The notes beneath the pieces were generated by a model that saw only the letters and a program-made list of their open reading frames with translations, did not search any database and was not told where the DNA came from. A stretch of DNA of 64,000 nucleotides, taken from assembly GCA_965267575.1 (NCBI GenBank), contig OZ254086.1:2880001-2944000 (forward strand). The letters run 5' to 3'. The DNA is from Calditrichales bacterium (GTDB lineage: Bacteria > Calditrichota > Calditrichia > Calditrichales > J004). A program made the translations under genes and the position numbers. Positions 1 to 8,153 of the stretch are shown piece by piece. The first letter of the stretch is position 1; the number at the start of each line of letters is the position of its first letter.

Positions 1-774
1 CAGGCCAGCACGCTCAAAGCGGAAAACGGCGATACAATCGGCGCCTTGCTTGTATTAAATGACGTGACACGACTGCGCCACCTGGAAAGCGGACGGCGTG
101 AGTTTGTGGCCAATGTATCGCACGAAATACGTACACCGTTAACCAGCATTAAGGGCTTCGTGGAAGCGTTGCAGGAAGGCGCCATCAGCGAGCCGGACAA
201 TGCCCGTAAGTTTCTGGACATCATCGCCCGGCAAACCAACCGGCTGAGTACGATACTTGAAGATTTGCTGACCCTCTCGCGGTTGGAGCGTGAAGGCGAG
301 CATGATGAAATCAGCTTTAATAAGGAAAAAATCAAACCTATTCTTGAAGAAGCGTTGCAGATCTGTGAACCTAAAGCGGAGAAGAAAAACGCCAAAATTC
401 ATGTAGAGTGCGATCCCGATTTGCGGGCGAGGCTCAATGCGCCGCTTGTTGAAGAAGCACTGATAAACCTGATTGACAATGCCATAAAATACAGCCCTGA
501 TGGACGCAGTATCTGGCTTAGTGCGGAAAAGAGCGACGGAGAAATGCTGATCCGCGTAAAAGACGAAGGCAACGGCATCGCCCGCGAACACCTGCCACGC
601 ATTTTTGAACGATTCTACCGCGTGGATAAGGCGCGCAGCCGCAAAATGGGCGGCACGGGACTGGGGCTGGCGATCGTAAAACACATTGCTCTTGTGCACG
701 GCGGGCGCGTGGAAGTGGACAGTGATACGGGCAAGGGCAGCACCTTTACCATCCATCTGCCGGCGCTGGATTAG
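1..774 (+). CDS. PhoR-like sensor histidine kinase, C-terminal part (5' end outside window)
   Basis: Frame open from base 1; H-box FVANVSHEIRTPLTSIKG, N-box NLIDNAIKYS, F/G2 boxes IFERFYRVDKARSRKMGGTGLGLAIVKH. Confidence 0.9.
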   Translation, partial: QASTLKAENGDTIGALLVLNDVTRLRHLESGRREFVANVSHEIRTPLTSIKGFVEALQEGAISEPDNARKFLDIIARQTNRLSTILEDLLTLSRLEREGEHDEISFNKEKIKPILEEALQICEPKAEKKNAKIHVECDPDLRARLNAPLVEEALINLIDNAIKYSPDGRSIWLSAEKSDGEMLIRVKDEGNGIAREHLPRIFERFYRVDKARSRKMGGTGLGLAIVKHIALVHGGRVEVDSDTGKGSTFTIHLPALD

Positions 775-882
775 GCCGCGCTGGTCAGATTCAATCCGCT
801 CCGCCGCAGGTGGATAACTTATGCCCGTTGCTGTCGAAGATGAACATAGCACATGTGATAACTCCGGAGAAAAGGTTTAGAT

Positions 883-1275
883 ATGTCCCGCGTACTGATT
901 GTTGACGATGTACCCATCACGCACCGAATAATTAAGAATATTCTGGGCAGCCAATATGACTACAGCACCGCCGAGTGCGGTCTGAGCGCGCTGGACGCCT
1001 ACCATAAAAGCTTCAAAAGAGAAGAGCCCTTCGATATTATTTTTCTGGATATACTCATTCCGCATAAAGACGGCCTGGATGTCCTGCGCCACATACGGGA
1101 ATACGAACAGCAGCGCAGCGATGGCTACCATTCGTACGTGATCGTGATAACTCACCTGAAAAGCCAGGATATTGAGAATAAGGCGCAGGAAGCCGGTTGT
1201 GATGCTTTTGTGCGCAAACCCCTGTTGCGCGAAGAGATCATGAGCCGCGTAGAAGAGGTCGATACACCGGCCTAG
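883..1275 (+). CDS. Single-domain CheY-like response regulator
   Basis: VLIVDD, phospho-Asp in IIFLDILIP, KP motif near C-terminus; no output domain. Confidence 0.85.
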   Translation: MSRVLIVDDVPITHRIIKNILGSQYDYSTAECGLSALDAYHKSFKREEPFDIIFLDILIPHKDGLDVLRHIREYEQQRSDGYHSYVIVITHLKSQDIENKAQEAGCDAFVRKPLLREEIMSRVEEVDTPA

Positions 1276-2144
1276 TCATCATCAGGCTCCACGTGAACCA
1301 CAATATCTTCCACCGGCAAATCGGACGCCAGCAAGCGGTCTTCAACTTCGTGGCCAATGGCATGGCCTTCCGTTACACTTAATTTTCCATCCACGGCGAT
1401 ATGAATATCCATCAGTATGGAGAGCCCGCTCTTGCGCACGCGGCATTTGTTAATCGCGCGCACGCCGTTCACTTCCAGCGCTGTTTTGATAATCTTCTTT
1501 GTTAAATCTTCATCTACCGTGGCATCCATGATCTCATCCAGGGCGGGTTGAATAAGGCGCACGCCGTTGTAAAGAATAATGATGCAGCTGAACAGGGCGG
1601 CCCAGTCATCGGCGGGGGCATACTCTTCACCACCGATCAGGGCAATCGAAATACCTACAAATGCGGCGATGGAAGTAATGGCGTCCGAGCGATGATGCCA
1701 GGCGTCGTTACTTACAGACGTGCTGCCGATTTCGCTGCCGGCTTTGAAGGCGTAACGAAAAAGGCTCTCCTTGATGATAATAACCAGCAGAAGCACCGGC
1801 AGCGTGTACCAGGCCGGCACATGGTGCGGTGTAACAATTTCGCGGATGCTGTTGAAGGCGATGAGCAGGGCGGCGGCAACCAGGATAATGGCTACGAGCA
1901 GGCCGGCGACCGATTCCGCTTTGCCATGGCCGTAGGGATGGTTTTCGTCCGGCGGGCGGCGGGCAATGCGCAGACCGCTCCAAACCAGGATGGAGGAAAA
2001 AATATCGGTTGTGGATTCAATGCCATCAGCAACCAGCGCGTAGGAATTACCCACAAGACCGGTAACGATCTTGACGGCGGCCAAAAAAGCATTGGCCAAA
2101 ATGGCAACAATCGATGTGCGCATACCGCGTTTACTGTCTGGCAT
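1272..2144 (-). CDS. Cation diffusion facilitator (FieF-like) transporter
   Basis: PPDENHPYGHGKAE and AWHHRSDA motifs, ~6 hydrophobic segments, C-terminal VVHVEP dimerisation domain. Confidence 0.92.
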   Translation of the reverse strand: MPDSKRGMRTSIVAILANAFLAAVKIVTGLVGNSYALVADGIESTTDIFSSILVWSGLRIARRPPDENHPYGHGKAESVAGLLVAIILVAAALLIAFNSIREIVTPHHVPAWYTLPVLLLVIIIKESLFRYAFKAGSEIGSTSVSNDAWHHRSDAITSIAAFVGISIALIGGEEYAPADDWAALFSCIIILYNGVRLIQPALDEIMDATVDEDLTKKIIKTALEVNGVRAINKCRVRKSGLSILMDIHIAVDGKLSVTEGHAIGHEVEDRLLASDLPVEDIVVHVEPDDD

Positions 2145-2202
2145 AATAACTTTCCCGCTTGAAATCGGAATTTACAACTTCCACAATTAAAATGCAGGGG
2201 TA

Positions 2203-3180
2203 TCAACGGGTCAGCAAAGCATCTATTGAGAATTTGAAATAGTCTTTACGCCAGGCGGGATCAAATAAATCCAACAAATAGGCCTTGCCCATGCCCAGGT
2301 AGTAAAACTGAATACGTCCGCGCACCCCTTCGCCCACAAAACGAATCGGATTCAGATCGTTCCGGTAATCGCCGTGCCATGTTTTGGCATAGTTAGCATC
2401 AGCATAATATTGCATGAAGCGATCCTTTGGCCGGTAAAGCGCGCTGTCCGCCGCGATGCGGGCTGTTTCGCGCTCCGTGTAGCGGGCCACGCCTTCGTTC
2501 CACTCCATCCATTGTTTAAATCGCCAATCCAGGCTGTCTGAAAAAACGCGCCCTGCAACCTTCTGAAAATGCGCATGGAGTTTTTTTATTTTTTGATCGT
2601 TTTCGCCGTTGTGAATGGCGTCGAAAATGTGCTCTGCCTCCAACCGCATGTAAGAGGAGATAATGCCGTCATCATACGGAAAAGGGTAGGAGAGTTCGTG
2701 TTTATCGGCGTGTGGTCCAATAAAGGGGTTGACGATCCGTTGCGGTCTTACTTTGTTTTGGTAAACATGAAACAATTCGTGAACGCCTTTTATGGCCCAG
2801 CGGCAGGGATCGTCATCTTTCCCCGGCGCCGTCATTACAACCGTAAAATGCCCGTTAACCGGATATGCCGCGCGGTAACTGAGAGAGTCACTGTTGCCGG
2901 CCATGTAGAGGGTGTCGCCGTAGAGGGAATCGAAAACGGCTTTGTAACGGGCCGGCGGCTTGGGATGGTTCAGCAGAAAATCCCATTGTGCCGTTTTGTA
3001 CAGGAAAGGCGCGTCGTCTGCAACCCATCCTGGCCAAATGGATGTGGCCGCCTCCCGTTGCAGATGGTACACTTCATCAATTATGGCCATATCGGCAGGC
3101 GTCAGCGACGGAGAAGGAGCGGGCGTTTGCGAGAAAAGAACCTGTCCGAACAATAACAAAACAAAAGCGGAGCGCAGCAT
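2203..3180 (-). CDS. Secreted hypothetical protein with HExxH motif (possible zinc metallopeptidase)
   Basis: GGAGG before ATG at 3180; signal-peptide-like N-terminus; HELFH and WNEGVARYTE motifs. Confidence 0.65.
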   Translation of the reverse strand: MLRSAFVLLLFGQVLFSQTPAPSPSLTPADMAIIDEVYHLQREAATSIWPGWVADDAPFLYKTAQWDFLLNHPKPPARYKAVFDSLYGDTLYMAGNSDSLSYRAAYPVNGHFTVVMTAPGKDDDPCRWAIKGVHELFHVYQNKVRPQRIVNPFIGPHADKHELSYPFPYDDGIISSYMRLEAEHIFDAIHNGENDQKIKKLHAHFQKVAGRVFSDSLDWRFKQWMEWNEGVARYTERETARIAADSALYRPKDRFMQYYADANYAKTWHGDYRNDLNPIRFVGEGVRGRIQFYYLGMGKAYLLDLFDPAWRKDYFKFSIDALLTR

Positions 3181-3194
3181 GAATACCTCCACAC

Positions 3195-3692
3195 TTAATT
3201 GAGATAAAAGGAGCGACTCCGGAAGATATTAAATCTGTCATATACGATTCCATTGTTGCCATCGGAAAAACCCAGGCTGATATAAACAGGTCCTTTTTGC
3301 CTGGTGCGTAGTTGCAACGGGATGGTTATAATGGCGTTTCCACGGAAGTCCATTTCCGAAGGCGGCACTGTGTGAATCTGAATACTGCTGTCCGGCAAAA
3401 CTATTTCCAGGAAAAGGGCCTGCCGCTTTGCGCCGCCCGTATCTCCTGCCGGACACACATTGACGTAGCCGCGGTACACATAAATTTCCCTGAAGTGGCG
3501 AACCCTGGACGGCACCGGGAGGCGCGGTCTGCCGTTATCAAAAACCGGTTTTTTGATTGTGTAGATATACTCAAGTGAAAAATCGCTGATGTAGTAGGGG
3601 TAAAAAGAGCTGCCGCCGTCCGTGGCACTGTCACGCACGGTATGGCAGGATATAAGCAGAATGAGGCTTAAAAGCGGCAGGATTTTCGGCAT
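3195..3692 (-). CDS. Hypothetical lipoprotein
   Basis: Lipobox-like LILLISC after hydrophobic N-terminus; co-directional and closely spaced with downstream ORF. Confidence 0.6.
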   Translation of the reverse strand: MPKILPLLSLILLISCHTVRDSATDGGSSFYPYYISDFSLEYIYTIKKPVFDNGRPRLPVPSRVRHFREIYVYRGYVNVCPAGDTGGAKRQALFLEIVLPDSSIQIHTVPPSEMDFRGNAIITIPLQLRTRQKGPVYISLGFSDGNNGIVYDRFNIFRSRSFYLN

Positions 3693-3810
3693 AGCGTTTT
3701 TCCCGTTTATCCGGGAAACAGGGCAATAAAAATGCCAATGGATGCAGGGGCTCTTAAGTGGGATTTTTGAAAGAAAAATGTAAACGTACTTATCAGAAGA
3801 TGTAAACGAT

Positions 3811-4124
3811 GTGTTAGAGTGTTAAGGTGCTAAAGTTATCTTGATCATGATCGTGATCATGCTCATGATCTTTTTAGCTGTGCCGGCATTTTCGCCAGAG
3901 TTTTTTGGGCAGCAGGTGGTTGCGTATGGATTCCTGCTTTCGCAGGAATGACAATTATGTTTCTATTCCGAATTTCCAATTAAGCTTGGGACGGTGTCAA
4001 AGTGTTCAGGTAATCTTGATCATGCTCATGATATTTTTTGCTGTGCCGGCATTTTCGCCAATATTTTTTGGGCAGCAGGTGGTTGCGTGTGGATTCCTGC
4101 CTTCGCAGGAATGACAATTATGTT
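3811..4124. repeat. Intergenic tandem duplication (108-bp units at 3854-3961 and 4017-4124) with REP-like palindrome, preceded by 8-mer and 6-mer microrepeats
   Basis: About 7 mismatches between units; each holds ATTCCTGC-N4-GCAGGAAT-GAC (3930-3949, 4093-4112). Confidence 0.9.
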
Positions 4125-4138
4125 CGTCAATTCCAAAT

Positions 4139-5071
4139 TCACCCGGAAGCGGCCATGGCCCGGACTAAAATATTTGCGGCCAATTTGCTTGTTATCCCGT
4201 CAAGATCGTAATCGGGATTTACTTCGCTGATCTCGATGAGCAGTGTGCGCGGGTCGCTGCCGGCCACATCAGCGATTTCACAGATTTCGCGGGCGGTGAG
4301 ACCCATCGGGCCCGGGGCGCTGACACCCGGCGCTTCCACGGCACGCACCGAGTCCATGTCAAAACCGAAAAAGATGCCGTCGGCCTCACTGGAATCGACA
4401 ATGGATTGAATGGCTTTGCCCACGCCGTTATCACGCAGGTCGCCCAGGTAATGAATATGGGCGCCGATACTCTCTACGAAATCGATATAGGCCTTGGGGT
4501 TGGCGAAGGAGTTGATGGCCACTTCATGAAACAACGCCGGATCGAAAGAGCCTTCGTCCAGAAGCTGGCGGTAGGGTGTGCCGCTGTTGCGCGGCTCCGT
4601 GGCCCGCACGTCCAGGTGACGGTCGATATTGAAGGCCAGCAGCTTGTTGGCGCGGGAAGCCGCGGCGCGGCCGTCGGGGTAGGAAATGTCGTTGCCGCCG
4701 CCCAGCACCAGCACCTTTTTGCCATCGGCCAGCATCGGCTTGAGCGTCGCTTCCAGGCGCTCGTGCGTCTCCTCCAGCGTCCCGGCGATGTTGATATCTC
4801 CGGCATCCAAAAGACGGATATGCTGCAGCTCTTCGCTGACCGGGTAGCGGTAAAGCGCCTTGCGGATTTCATGCGGAGCTTTGCGCGCGCCTGCGCGGCC
4901 CTGGTTGCGGGCAATGCCTTCATCCTGCGGGCAACCCACAAGCACCCAGTTGCAGCGGGCATAGTCCTGCTTATCGCGCAGGGCCACCTGGCCCAGACGC
5001 ACATCATGGGGATCATCCTTGCTGTAAAAAACGGCGTCATCCGCCGGGATAAGGTGTTGGAACAGGGACAT
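4139..5071 (-). CDS. hutG: Formimidoylglutamase (arginase family)
   Basis: PQDEGIARNQGRAGA, LGGGND, NIDRHLDVR, NSGTPYRQL, DMD and SAPGPMG, EVNP motifs. Confidence 0.85.
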   Translation of the reverse strand: MSLFQHLIPADDAVFYSKDDPHDVRLGQVALRDKQDYARCNWVLVGCPQDEGIARNQGRAGARKAPHEIRKALYRYPVSEELQHIRLLDAGDINIAGTLEETHERLEATLKPMLADGKKVLVLGGGNDISYPDGRAAASRANKLLAFNIDRHLDVRATEPRNSGTPYRQLLDEGSFDPALFHEVAINSFANPKAYIDFVESIGAHIHYLGDLRDNGVGKAIQSIVDSSEADGIFFGFDMDSVRAVEAPGVSAPGPMGLTAREICEIADVAGSDPRTLLIEISEVNPDYDLDGITSKLAANILVRAMAASG

Positions 5072-5248
5072 GGCTGTTATCTATGAAAGTTGCTGAATTG
5101 ATACAGTTAAGAGGGCTACATAATGCAAAAACATAAGTGAAGCTATTTTAGAATCCTTCTAATTCTGCATCTGCGTGTTTTTGTTTAATCCGGTTGGAAT
5201 GAAACCCCGCCATTGTTAAAATTACTTTAAAACAAAAAAACAAATCCT

Positions 5249-5977
5249 ATGCCCAAACACGATGACATATACGACACACCGCACGACCCGCTGGTGAAGT
5301 TTACCTTTGACAAACAGGTGGCCGATGTCTTTCCCGATATGATCCAGCGCTCTGTGCCGGGCTATTCCACCATCGTGGCGATGATCGGTGTGCTTGCCGG
5401 GCAATACGCTCAGGAAGACAGCGCGCTTTACGATCTGGGCTGCTCGCTGGGCGCGGCCACGCTGGCCATGCGCCGCCATATAAAAGCAAGCGGAGCCAAA
5501 ATCATAGCGGTGGATAATTCGTCGGCCATGATCGAACGGGCCGAAAAGATTATCGCCCGCGACGCGCATGCCGTACCCGTGGAACTGCGTTGCGAAGATG
5601 TTCTGGAGACGGCAATAAAAAACGCGTCTGTCGCGGCGATGAATTTTACGCTGATGTTTCTACCCCCGGAAAAACGGCCGCAGATGATCCAGCAGGTTTA
5701 TGACGGACTAAAGACGGACGGGGCTTTCATTTTGTCGGAAAAGACGGCTTTTGAAAAGAGCGAAGAACAGTCGCTGCAAAGCGCATGGCACCACGCCTTT
5801 AAAAAAGCCAACGGTTACAGCGACCTGGAAATCGCCCAAAAACGTACCGCTTTGGAAAACGTGCTTGTGCCGGACAGCGAGACCGTTCACCACCAGCGGC
5901 TGCGCCAGGCGGGATTCAGTGAAGTCTACACCTGGTTCCGCTGCTTCAATTTTATCTCCATGGTGGCGCTTAAATGA
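5249..5977 (+). CDS. cmoA: Carboxy-S-adenosyl-L-methionine synthase
   Basis: FTFDKQVADVFPDMIQRSVPGY, YDLGCSLGA, FKKANGYSDLEIAQKRTALEN signatures. Confidence 0.95.
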   Translation: MPKHDDIYDTPHDPLVKFTFDKQVADVFPDMIQRSVPGYSTIVAMIGVLAGQYAQEDSALYDLGCSLGAATLAMRRHIKASGAKIIAVDNSSAMIERAEKIIARDAHAVPVELRCEDVLETAIKNASVAAMNFTLMFLPPEKRPQMIQQVYDGLKTDGAFILSEKTAFEKSEEQSLQSAWHHAFKKANGYSDLEIAQKRTALENVLVPDSETVHHQRLRQAGFSEVYTWFRCFNFISMVALK

Positions 5978-6948
5978 TCGATTACGCACCACTTTATAAA
6001 TCTCTCAAGAACACAACGCTCGATGCCTGGGCTGCCACCTTGCCGGATTATCTCAAAAACGCGTTCAGTTCCTCATGGCATGGCGATTATCCCAAATGGC
6101 AAAAGGTCCTGGGCGAGCTGCCGCAGATAAAAGCGGCCAACTGCGATTTAAATGCTCCGGCCGTGCGCATTGGCTCTGCCGCTGAGTTGGCGCAAAAGCA
6201 ACGCGCAGCGCTGAAACAATCGCTGCTAAAGCTGCACCCCTGGCGCAAAGGACCGTATGAGCTTTTCGGCATTCATATCGATGCTGAATGGCGTTCCGAT
6301 CTCAAATGGGCCAGGCTGGAAAAGGAGATCACGCCTTTGGCCGGACGCCGGGTGCTGGATGTGGGCGCGGGCAACGGATACTACCTGTGGCGTATGGCCG
6401 GGGCCGGGGCGCAGCTGGCTTTGGGCATTGATCCCATGCTGCTTTACGTGATGCAGTTTTACGCGCTGAAACATTTTTGTCCCATGCAAAACACCCACCT
6501 CATTCCCTTGGGCATCGAAGCATTCCCGGCGGAAAGCCGTTTTTTTGACACGGTTTTTTCCATGGGCGTTTTGTATCACCGCCGCTCGCCCCTGGACCAT
6601 CTGCTGGAGTTGCGTGGTTGCCTGCGCCCCGGCGGCGAACTGGTGCTTGAAACCCTGGTAATTGAGGGGGAAGAGGGTGCAACATTGTTGCCGCGCGGAC
6701 GCTATGCTAAAATGCGCAATGTCTGGTTTATCCCCTCCGTTCCGACGCTGAAAGGCTGGCTGAAGCGCTGCGGGTTTAAGAGCATCCGCGCCGTAGACGT
6801 GAGTCCGACGACGACAGAAGAACAGCGTTCGACAGAGTGGATGCGGTGGGAATCGCTGGCCGATTTTCTTGACCCGCATGATCCATCCAAAACGGTAGAA
6901 GGTTATCCCGGACCCCGGCGCGCAATCCTCGTTGCGCAAAATCCCTGA
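5974..6948 (+). CDS. cmoB: tRNA 5-carboxymethoxyuridine(34) carboxymethyltransferase
   Basis: PWRKGPY, IDAEWRSDLKW, FSMGVLYHRRSP, RYAKMRNVWFIPS; overlaps cmoA stop. Confidence 0.95.
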   Translation: MIDYAPLYKSLKNTTLDAWAATLPDYLKNAFSSSWHGDYPKWQKVLGELPQIKAANCDLNAPAVRIGSAAELAQKQRAALKQSLLKLHPWRKGPYELFGIHIDAEWRSDLKWARLEKEITPLAGRRVLDVGAGNGYYLWRMAGAGAQLALGIDPMLLYVMQFYALKHFCPMQNTHLIPLGIEAFPAESRFFDTVFSMGVLYHRRSPLDHLLELRGCLRPGGELVLETLVIEGEEGATLLPRGRYAKMRNVWFIPSVPTLKGWLKRCGFKSIRAVDVSPTTTEEQRSTEWMRWESLADFLDPHDPSKTVEGYPGPRRAILVAQNP

Positions 6949-7050
6949 TTACAGGTTTTGTAAAAGCGCAAATGAAACGAAAATTCAATCGGTTTTTACA
7001 ATTTAAAAGCTTAAATTAAAACAAAATCCATACATTAAAAGGAGTTAACC

Positions 7051-7512
7051 ATGGAGCATCGTCATGAGGACATACCAATGAAAAAACGCATCGCTTTGGT
7101 CGCCCATGATCACAAAAAGCAGGACCTGCTGGATTGGGCGCTTTTTAACAAGGAGATGCTCAGGAAGCATATTTTGATGGCCACGGGGACCACGGGCAAG
7201 GTAATTCAGGAAGAAGCAGGCCTGGAATGCGAGCGCCTCCAAAGCGGACCTTTGGGCGGTGACCAGCAACTTGGCGCGCGCATTGTTGACAACCAGATCG
7301 ATTTCCTGATCTTTTTCTGGGACCCGCTAGAACCACAGCCCCACGATCCCGATGTGAAAGCTCTGCTGCGCATTGCCGTACTCTGGAATATCCCGGTGGC
7401 CTGCAACCGCGCCTCGGCTGATTTTATTTGCTCTTCTACGCTGTTTGAAAAAGAGTATGTGCGCCTGGTGCCCGATTACACGCGTCGTACCGTCCGCAAC
7501 TTATCGGATTAA
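7051..7512 (+). CDS. mgsA: Methylglyoxal synthase
   Basis: [45 protein letters not shown] before 7051 (alternative start 7078). Confidence 0.95.
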   Translation: MEHRHEDIPMKKRIALVAHDHKKQDLLDWALFNKEMLRKHILMATGTTGKVIQEEAGLECERLQSGPLGGDQQLGARIVDNQIDFLIFFWDPLEPQPHDPDVKALLRIAVLWNIPVACNRASADFICSSTLFEKEYVRLVPDYTRRTVRNLSD

Positions 7513-7539
7513 TATTTTCCTCCCCGCGAAGGAGGCAAA

Positions 7540-8097
7540 GTGAAAGCGCTATCAACGATTGTTTGGTATGTTTGCGGCGGTCTGGCCGGTTCGGTTTTAG
7601 CCGGGCTGCTTATTCACGGGCTGCCATATCTGGACCCCGCGCGACCGGCATTCGTCTTTGTCTATTACGCCTTCTGCGGTTCGCTTCTTTACGCCCTTAT
7701 CCTGGAAGGGCGCCTGCGCGACGCTTTTTTTCTCGTGCTTCTTCTATATTTTATTATCCTTCTGATCACACAAAACCAGCCCCCTGCATTTGTGGCCGGC
7801 CACACTCTTTTTTACGGCGGCTTTATGATTGTTATTTTTCTGTATGTCAGCGTGGTTTCAAAACACCTCTTTATTCGCTGGCTTAGCGGCCCGATTATTT
7901 TTGCTTTTATCTACGCCCTTTATGCTTTCCTGCTCACCTTTGTCTTGTGGCTGCTGTTCGATTCCGAAGAACCCAATATCTGGTCGCACAGCCTGATGAA
8001 CTTCATGTTTTTTGGCCGCATGGCGCTTATCCTGGCCGCGTCGTGGGAAATTACGCGTTGGCTGCGCAGGCGGGTTATTAGCCCAATGGCCGTTTGA
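7540..8097 (+). CDS. Hypothetical integral membrane protein
   Basis: AGGAGG before GTG; about 6 hydrophobic segments. Confidence 0.7.
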   Translation: MKALSTIVWYVCGGLAGSVLAGLLIHGLPYLDPARPAFVFVYYAFCGSLLYALILEGRLRDAFFLVLLLYFIILLITQNQPPAFVAGHTLFYGGFMIVIFLYVSVVSKHLFIRWLSGPIIFAFIYALYAFLLTFVLWLLFDSEEPNIWSHSLMNFMFFGRMALILAASWEITRWLRRRVISPMAV

Positions 8098-8153
8098 ATA
8101 GAGAATAGGCATTTGTTATGCTAAAGGACGACACAAAGTGCTAAGGAGAGAAA

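Noticed and set aside
3811..4124. CRISPR array or small ORFs (3905-4114, 3994-4230)
   Set aside because: Only two long units, no unique spacers and no cas genes. The MDSCFRRND and WIPAFAGMT peptides are read-throughs of the palindrome.
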